DNA of 33,953 nucleotides from a virus (taxonomy: Duplodnaviria > Heunggongvirae > Uroviricota > Caudoviricetes). The translations under genes and the position numbers were made by a program. The stretch is from positions 1 through 33,953 of the IMG/VR virus record IMGVR_UViG_2534682338_000010, one strand, 5' to 3'. Below are positions 28,136 to 33,953 of the stretch, piece by piece. The stretch's first letter is position 1, and the number at the start of each line of letters is the position of its first letter. The notes under the pieces were generated by a model. It had not been told where the DNA came from, did no database searches, and saw only the letters and a list, made by a program, of their open reading frames with translations.

Positions 28136-28741
28136 ATGCTAATTAATCAGCAACAAAGAGATGAATTAAAATTAGCCTTTTCTTGTTGTACCGATCATGA
28201 ATATCGTTTGCCAGTAAAACATAAGCACTTAAAGACTGATTACACAACATCCGGGTTTAGCCGTGAGGAAGCGAAAGAGATTTTAATAGAATTTTACCGT
28301 GATAATGGTTATACAGACGTTCACAACTTCTTTAAGAAACATAGAACATCACATACAGAGTTTCGGAGAGTCCGAGATTGGTTTGATTTTGATATCAAGC
28401 GTTATTATCGCATTGATGACGGTCCTATCTATCGGTTGCAGTGGAAGCCGATCCGAGAAGTGTTGAAACAGACAAGGGATAGTATGGCTGTCACAATGCC
28501 ACGTAACATAGCTTTTAAGAAAGGATATGGTGATACAAGGGAACTATTCGTTGAACTCGCTAACGTGAAGTACAGCCACTATTACAACGATCCTAAGTCC
28601 TTCTTTGAAGTGCTTCGCAAGGTTGATATTAGTCGGGGTACATATTATTCACGGTTGAAGAAGTACGGGATTAAGGCAGAGTTCTTTATGTCGGTTGACG
28701 ATGGAGAACTTTTTCCGATAAAATGTAAGTCCTCTAAATAA
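28136..28741 (+). CDS. hypothetical protein with C-terminal small DNA-binding (HTH-like) domain
   Basis: 201 aa; C-terminal segment ISRGTYYSRLKKYGIKAEF resembles the two small paralogs at 28777 and 32146. Confidence 0.6.
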   Translation: MLINQQQRDELKLAFSCCTDHEYRLPVKHKHLKTDYTTSGFSREEAKEILIEFYRDNGYTDVHNFFKKHRTSHTEFRRVRDWFDFDIKRYYRIDDGPIYRLQWKPIREVLKQTRDSMAVTMPRNIAFKKGYGDTRELFVELANVKYSHYYNDPKSFFEVLRKVDISRGTYYSRLKKYGIKAEFFMSVDDGELFPIKCKSSK

Positions 28742-28776
28742 AGGTGAACATTCACTTTAATTTGGAGAAAATGACT

Positions 28777-29004
28777 ATGACTACTAAAGCTACTCGCGGT
28801 CGTCCTGCCCGTTTTAACGCTGAACAGATGGCTGATATTGCCTACGCTTATTATACAGCGGATCGTGGTAAGGAAGCGAAAGAACAGATTCTTAGTGAAC
28901 ATGGGATTTCAATTGCCCAATTCTATAAGAATATGAAGAAGTTAGACATTAAATTCTATGTTCAGATCGGTGATGGTCAGATCGTAGAAGCAACAGGTTT
29001 TTGA
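28777..29004 (+). CDS. small DNA-binding protein (GRP/AT-hook-like N-terminus plus HTH-like core)
   Basis: MTTKATRGRPARFNAEQMADIAYAYY...; GGAG 9 nt upstream of this ATG; track ORF begins at an upstream GTG (28744). Confidence 0.55.
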   Translation: MTTKATRGRPARFNAEQMADIAYAYYTADRGKEAKEQILSEHGISIAQFYKNMKKLDIKFYVQIGDGQIVEATGF

Positions 29005-29019
29005 GTTTTGATTCTCTTT

Positions 29020-29044
29020 GCCACTCTTCGGAGTGGCTTTTTTG
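29020..29044 (+). terminator. rho-independent terminator
   Basis: stem GCCACTC / GAGTGGC with loop TTCG, followed by TTTTTTG. Confidence 0.7.
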
Positions 29045-29151
29045 TATCTGTAGGGTGTCCAAAACGCCATCGGCGGGTTGGTGGAAGATGGCGCGAAAAG
29101 TCGCGTGATGTAGGTATGAAAAAGCCACGCACTAGGCGAGGCTAAAAATTA

Positions 29152-29967
29152 TTACAGTCCGAAGACTTCCAGTGATCCAACATTCTGACGGAGACGTTCA
29201 GCCGCTTTATTTTGAATCAGAATAGTGTTATTTGGCTGCGGTAGTTTAAGAGTTGCTTTCTGTTCTTCTTCCAAAACGCCCAATTCAACCAGCACCGGAA
29301 GCACATCAACAGTAAACTCAAGTTGGTAGTGAGCATTCATGCGGCAGAAAGACAGAGAAGAGTCATTAGCAACATACCCACACGGCTTGTTATTTTCATC
29401 ATAGACGCGCTCAATGTATCCAGCAGTACGCAAGGCCGTCAGTGCTTCTTTAACCTTCGTAGCGCCCTTTTTAGCGCCTAACAGACGCGTCATTGAATGG
29501 CTATCTACAGACTTACGAACATGAAGTTCAATCAGCTTTTTGTTTTCGCGAGTTTTCTTTAATGCCAGTTCGATCCAGTCTGTTTCTTCAAAGTCTGCAT
29601 ACGGGTTAACAGCTAAACGTTCCTGACGCAGTTTTTCATTTTCTTCTTTCAGTCGTTTCCATTCCTGAATAACAACCATTCGACGCTTAACATCGTAACC
29701 AGTAACAAGAGTCAGCGTAAGTTCTTCGTCAAGGTGATATTCGGTTTGTTCACGTCCATATTGGTCAAAAAAGATGCGTCCAAATTTGGACTCATCTAAT
29801 TCAAGAGAAGTAAGCATAGTTTTAATATCACGTTTAACATGCTTATGTTCTTTTCCGGTAAATTCAGCGATCTGACGGGAAGACATGGTCAGCGGTTTGG
29901 TGTTATCAACAACCAGAGACACGGAAGCAGTTTTAACAGCAGTATTCATAGTAGTAACAGTATTCAT
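29152..29967 (-). CDS. Rha-family phage regulatory protein
   Basis: N-terminal LTMSSRQIAEFTGKEHKHVKRDIKTM matches the conserved Rha motif; likely start at the first ATG of an 18-bp tandem duplication. Confidence 0.7.
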   Translation of the reverse strand: MNTVTTMNTAVKTASVSLVVDNTKPLTMSSRQIAEFTGKEHKHVKRDIKTMLTSLELDESKFGRIFFDQYGREQTEYHLDEELTLTLVTGYDVKRRMVVIQEWKRLKEENEKLRQERLAVNPYADFEETDWIELALKKTRENKKLIELHVRKSVDSHSMTRLLGAKKGATKVKEALTALRTAGYIERVYDENNKPCGYVANDSSLSFCRMNAHYQLEFTVDVLPVLVELGVLEEEQKATLKLPQPNNTILIQNKAAERLRQNVGSLEVFGL

Positions 29968-29976
29968 AGTAGTAAT
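29941..29976. repeat. perfect-but-one 18-bp tandem duplication at the start of the Rha gene
   Basis: AGTATTCATAGTAGTAAC followed by AGTATTCATAGTAGTAAT; encodes MNTVTT-MNT on the minus strand. Confidence 0.8.
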
Positions 29977-30063
29977 TCCCCTTAAACGGTTTTGCGATAA
30001 TGATATTGGTCCTCCTAGTTCCGGCATCACCACCGGAACAATTTTATTTATAATAGAAATTTA

Positions 30064-30396
30064 TCACCAATCGATTTCTACTTGGTCTTCTTCATAATAA
30101 GGAATCGCATATTCATAACGCCAGTTTTCGATGATTTCACGTTCTTCATTAGTAAGAAGGTGATTGTTAACTGGAGTCGCATTGTGATTACCAGCTTCGA
30201 ATTGCTCGCGAACTTCCAGCATTGCATGAATACCAGTTAAGGACATCAGATCAAACGGAACATGCATACTACGGGAGATAGTTTCACGGGATACGCCCCA
30301 ATCATTTTCTACATGGCTAGGGGTTACAGAAACGGTTTTGCCGGAGATTTTAACAGTCCAGTCATACAGGGATTTAGTGATGGTAAATTCTTTCAT
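30064..30396 (-). CDS. hypothetical protein
   Basis: 110 aa; AGAGGA SD; driven by a near-consensus promoter just upstream. Confidence 0.6.
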   Translation of the reverse strand: MKEFTITKSLYDWTVKISGKTVSVTPSHVENDWGVSRETISRSMHVPFDLMSLTGIHAMLEVREQFEAGNHNATPVNNHLLTNEEREIIENWRYEYAIPYYEEDQVEIDW

Positions 30397-30452
30397 GTTA
30401 CATCCTCTTTACAAATCTAGGTCAAATAGGTTCAAAGTTGTCAAGTGCGATA

Positions 30453-30481
30453 ATCATAAAAAAGTTTGAAGATATTGTCAA
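30453..30481 (-). promoter_or_regulatory. near-consensus sigma70 promoter (minus strand)
   Basis: minus-strand TTGACA (30481-30476), 17-nt spacer, TATGAT (30458-30453); a second TTGACA lies at 30444-30439. Confidence 0.55.
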
Positions 30482-30517
30482 ATACCCCTTGACAGGACGC
30501 CAAAGGGTTGACCTAAC

Positions 30518-30985
30518 TTACAGCATATCTAAGCCTTCATCGTAACCGTAGAAGCCATTCTGAGAAGAGAAACAGATTGGAGCGTAGTCGTCGTCATCTT
30601 CGTCTTGTTCATCGCGTTCTGGTGCTTTCTGAGCGGTTTCTTTGCCGTAGTTAAACATTGCTTCATCCAGTTCATAGACAGTAACGAAGCTACCTAAATC
30701 AATGTCATAATCACGGACTTCGAAAGGCAGGTCATCACGAACAATGATTGCTGGAATGTTCTGGTATTTCAGGCGGTCTTCATCGGTGAAGCAGTTAACA
30801 ACAATGGTCGGCTTCTTATTACGGCAAAACGCATAACATGCACTAGAGAAATGGGATTCATCGGAATTGAAAAGGATGTTATAACCACGTTCACGGAACA
30901 TCTTCATTAACTTGTCATTGTGGAAGCTATCAGCATCAAAACCTAACAGGATGAAAGGAGTAGTGGTAGTCATTTTATGGTTCAT
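30518..30985 (-). CDS. hypothetical early protein with strongly acidic C-terminal region
   Basis: 155 aa; AGAGGA SD 8 nt upstream; C-terminal ERDEQDEDDDDY. Confidence 0.6.
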   Translation of the reverse strand: MNHKMTTTTPFILLGFDADSFHNDKLMKMFRERGYNILFNSDESHFSSACYAFCRNKKPTIVVNCFTDEDRLKYQNIPAIIVRDDLPFEVRDYDIDLGSFVTVYELDEAMFNYGKETAQKAPERDEQDEDDDDYAPICFSSQNGFYGYDEGLDML

Positions 30986-31388
30986 AGTGGAAATCCTCTA
31001 AAAGAAAGTGAATCAAAGTAATTCTGATATTATTTATAAGAGAAAATTCTTGATGATTTTGGAAGGGATTGTTACTCACTTCGTTCGTTTACTAGAATCA
31101 GTTATCATCTGGTATTAAATCCCTTTCTAAGAAAATCCTTTCAAAAGTGATTCTCGATGCCACGCAGTGGCGTCGCAGACGTTTGGGAGTGAGCGAAGCG
31201 AGCGAGCAAACTAGTTAATTCCTTCTAAGATCATCTAGTTTAAATTAGTGTTACTAGAAGTAATTGGTTAGCGCTTCGCGCAGTCGGGCTACGCCCTCCT
31301 AATATCTTTTTGGTTATTTGTTGTTTTTGGTTTTACACATGAGCGTAGCGAATGTGTTATATAATATCTATGCACGCCCGATTCCCCG

Positions 31389-31630
31389 TTTTGCCCCTCA
31401 CTAAGTTAATGTTTTATAAAGAGTTTTTCTCACAAATCCTTTTCGGGGGCAAATTTCAGGGGCAAAAATTAGATTTTCAGGGGCAATTATTGGCATTTCA
31501 GGGGCAAAAATGAGGGGCAAAATCACTGTTTCCCAGAATTTCAGGGGCAAAAATAGTAGGTTTCAGGGGCAAAAATGGGATGTGGAATCTAGGGGATTTT
31601 GGTTCAGGGGCAAAATTCGGGGGCAATTTT
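31389..31630 (+). repeat. iteron-like array: 9 direct copies and 1 inverted copy of GGGGCAA(A/T)
   Basis: direct copies starting at 31445, 31459, 31480, 31501, 31514, 31544, 31566, 31607, 31619; inverted copy at 31389-31397; several have the extended form TTTCAGGGGCAAAAAT. Confidence 0.8.
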
Positions 31631-31667
31631 CATAGTGTAGGGCTAGTGTAGGTTTGAAAATCCTTTG

Positions 31668-31696
31668 TTGACACTGTGTAGGATCGGTGGTATACT
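31668..31696 (+). promoter_or_regulatory. near-consensus sigma70 promoter P1
   Basis: TTGACA (31668-31673), 17-nt spacer, TATACT (31691-31696). Confidence 0.55.
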
Positions 31697-31724
31697 TGAA
31701 AATTCGAGATAAATATTTTATAAT
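31696..31724 (+). promoter_or_regulatory. near-consensus sigma70 promoter P2 (tandem with P1)
   Basis: TTGAAA (31696-31701), 17-nt spacer, TATAAT (31719-31724). Confidence 0.55.
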
Positions 31725-32145
31725 ATTTGTATTGAAAGTGAAAATTTACCGATTTTCCTTCCTATTGTTATCACCGTGTTAAATTGTTATATGTCTGTGA
31801 AGATTTGGATCTGAGAGAAAATCTTGTAACAAATCTTTACAATTCATAGCTCAATTAATGCTCACCGCTTTAGCAAAAAGTGCTATGCCTTTTTCTAAAT
31901 TGATTGAATATACATCAATTTGGTTAAATCGTGTTCTTCGCTTTAGCAATTCGTGCTGTGGTTTAACACATTTAACACGTCTGATAACATCTGAATAACA
32001 TTTTAACATATCTCTGTTATAAATACATATATAAGAGATAAATGTGAGGGGTTGAAAAATAAAATACAATCCCCATATAAATAATAGTGAGCGGTTAACG
32101 CTCTTTTTTAAGAAATCATTAATCCACATTGTAGGAGGATTCGAG

Positions 32146-32328
32146 ATGGCACGACCTGTTAAGTTCACTCGCGAAATCATCTTAGAAATGGCTAAACGCT
32201 ACTTTGAGTTAACGCCGGGTGTGAGAATTGAAGAGTGGTTTAAAAATGAGGGCATCGATAAATCAACCTTTCATAAACTGCTAAAACGATATGACATTAA
32301 AGTGAAGATTGAAGCTACCGTTTGGTAA
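32146..32328 (+). CDS. small DNA-binding protein (paralog of the 28777 gene)
   Basis: 60 aa MARPVKFTREIILEMAKRYFELTPGV...; AGGAGGA SD 6 nt upstream. Confidence 0.65.
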   Translation: MARPVKFTREIILEMAKRYFELTPGVRIEEWFKNEGIDKSTFHKLLKRYDIKVKIEATVW

Positions 32329-32442
32329 TCAACTTTGACTGAGAATTATATGATGGCTTTAAAAAAGAAAAAGCCTCCCTTGTTGCAGCAAAGGAGGCTT
32401 GAAATGAACAATTAAAACTAACTTTCCACAGGAGTATTTATA

Positions 32443-33384
32443 ATGTTATTTTCCGCTAACTTTTTCACTAACGAAGTAACCAACGCTAAAGCAGTTATCA
32501 AATTTGGCACCGAAGCAAACAAGAAGATTCAGCCGAAAGTTGTTGCTCATGTTTCCTTTGCGCAGCAGAAATCCGCCTTCGCTGGCTTTAAAGCACATCG
32601 TGAAGCACTGATCGCGGCTGGCTTTGGTGTTGACGGTAAACTGCCTAACGGCATTCGTAAAGCAATCGACCGCGTTAAACCTGCTAAAGACGTTGCAGTA
32701 GACCACATCGTTACTTTTACCGTTAAGAACTCTTCTGAACTGTTCCACCTGGTTATTGCTGGTGATACTGCTATCGTTTCCGCTCCTAACATGGATTTTC
32801 AGGATACCGCTGATTGCCAGATCACCTTCGGTCGTCGTAAAGAAGTTACCGGAAAAGCTAAACTGAACTTCACTAAATCTGGCAATCCTTACTTTGCTGT
32901 TTTCTTTAACAGCCACGCTACCGAAAAAGAAGTTGTAGAACTGGTTGCTTATGAAGGTGAAGAGAAAGAACGTATTGAATCTTGCGAAGCATTTCTGGAA
33001 CTGGAAGCACAGGTGAATGCTGTTTCTCCGGTTGTTGAAGATCGCTTTGCTGCACTGGAAGCACAGATCGCAGAACTGAAAGCTGCACTGGAAGAAAAAG
33101 ACCAGATTATCGAAGCACAGAAAGCTGAGATTGAAGAACTGAAAGCTAAAGAAGTTGCTCCGGTAGCAGTAGTTGAAAACGCGGCTGATGAGGCCGCAAA
33201 TGATGAAGTAGAAGTGAAAATCGATGTGATGCGTGATCCGATGGCTGCACTGCAATTACTTCGTTCTTTTAAGGGCAAATCTCATTTTTCTAGTGATGTA
33301 GAAGATGAGGAAGAAGAACAGAAACGCAATGCTGCAATGCTTCATGATGAAATGTACGGTACTAACTTTTCTTACTGCCAATAA
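32443..33384 (+). CDS. abundant early-type protein with central coiled coil and acidic C-terminal region
   Basis: 313 aa; codon usage strongly skewed to high-expression codons (CTG, GAA, AAA, CGT, GGT); coiled-coil segment LEAQIAELKAALEEKDQIIEAQKAEIEELKAKE. Confidence 0.7.
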   Translation: MLFSANFFTNEVTNAKAVIKFGTEANKKIQPKVVAHVSFAQQKSAFAGFKAHREALIAAGFGVDGKLPNGIRKAIDRVKPAKDVAVDHIVTFTVKNSSELFHLVIAGDTAIVSAPNMDFQDTADCQITFGRRKEVTGKAKLNFTKSGNPYFAVFFNSHATEKEVVELVAYEGEEKERIESCEAFLELEAQVNAVSPVVEDRFAALEAQIAELKAALEEKDQIIEAQKAEIEELKAKEVAPVAVVENAADEAANDEVEVKIDVMRDPMAALQLLRSFKGKSHFSSDVEDEEEEQKRNAAMLHDEMYGTNFSYCQ

Positions 33385-33668
33385 AAAAAGGGACTCCGAA
33401 GAGTCCCTAGTAAGTTTAGGTTAGGTTTGCGCAACAAAGATGAGGTTATAATGAACATAATGCTACATTATTCTTTAAAGCCAGAAAAATAACCGCCCCC
33501 GAAGGGGCGGGAGGATTAATACTCAATCTATACTTGTTATGTTTTTATGTTGTATAGTCACTGACTATGAAAACACTGTACTGAATGTGTTTTATGGCTT
33601 TTAATCGGGAACTCTCTTTCGAAAGCCCCCTGTTAAAACCACATAAGGAGAAATGGCAGATTACAATA

Positions 33669-33953
33669 TTATTTAGTCTGTTTGAAAACAAACGTTAAAA
33701 ATTCGATTAAGCAATATACCCAGAATACCGTCAGTAGTAAATGCATAGCAATAGTTGGATGGAAGTTAAAAAGTGTCATACTAACTAGGCCAACAATATA
33801 AGAAATCCCTTCGACAATTAACGCAAGGCTAGCAAATGCAACAAACGCACCCAAGAATAATTCGCCTCGTTCTTTCGGTTCGGTTCCGAGTTTATAAGCA
33901 GAGATAGCAGCCAGAATAGTAATGATGACAGCATAGGTAATAAAAGTAGCCAT
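33669..33953 (-). CDS. small integral membrane protein (about 3 TM helices); start codon at the window edge
   Basis: 94 aa, hydrophobic throughout; ATG coincides with the last 3 bases of the window. Confidence 0.5.
   Translation of the reverse strand: MATFITYAVIITILAAISAYKLGTEPKERGELFLGAFVAFASLALIVEGISYIVGLVSMTLFNFHPTIAMHLLLTVFWVYCLIEFLTFVFKQTK

Noticed and set aside
29045-29151. Possible tRNA or small RNA gene in the GC-rich region between convergent genes
   Set aside because: Hairpins are present (CGCCATC / GATGGCG) but no T-arm-like GTTCGAATC or cloverleaf arrangement could be traced; more likely terminator structures for the Rha gene.
31389-31630. Possible CRISPR array suggested by the regular short repeats
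   Set aside because: Repeat unit is only 9-16 bp and spacers are 4-30 bp and irregular, far from CRISPR architecture (28-37 bp repeats with similar-length spacers); no cas genes are present.
31851-32180. 109-aa minus-strand ORF in the AT-rich leader
   Set aside because: It sits in a promoter/leader region, overlaps the well-supported 32146 gene start, has no RBS and an AT-driven composition.
32446-33278. Minus-strand ORFs (269, 81 and 109 aa) antisense to the codon-optimised 313-aa gene
   Set aside because: The plus-strand gene has a strong SD-free but clear codon-bias signature; the antisense frames are low-complexity (Ser/Phe-rich) artefacts.

Overview
This 33.9-kb window reads as a tailed-phage genome segment of siphovirus type (tape-measure protein present, no sheath gene), with GC content visibly below that of enterobacterial chromosomes. 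The core is one long minus-strand late operon running from a lambda GpA-type large terminase (28048) through portal, a single-ORF prohead protease / acidic scaffold / HK97-like capsid fusion, head-tail joining proteins, an 1178-aa fibre with a C-terminal intramolecular-chaperone domain, putative tail tube, chaperones, an 809-aa tape measure, tail-tip proteins and a 1258-aa J-like central fibre, ending in a lysis module with an M15-peptidase endolysin (4773). The flanks carry early-type genes: a large serine recombinase insulated by terminators, a UvsW-like SF2 helicase, three paralogous small DNA-binding domains, a Rha-family regulator and a strongly codon-optimised 313-aa protein. The most striking signal is that the capsid gene and the putative tail-tube gene both end in TGA-ACT followed by an in-frame ~40-codon extension encoding homologous peptides, each closed by a homologous intrinsic terminator, which suggests programmed stop-codon readthrough. 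Also notable are a helically phased GGGGCAAAA iteron array inside a 1.1-kb non-coding region with two near-consensus promoters, and a terminator hairpin that sequesters the ribosome-binding site of the first tail-tip gene. No tRNA, rRNA or CRISPR array was recognised. All calls rest on reading the sequence and recalled family motifs; no database search was run.
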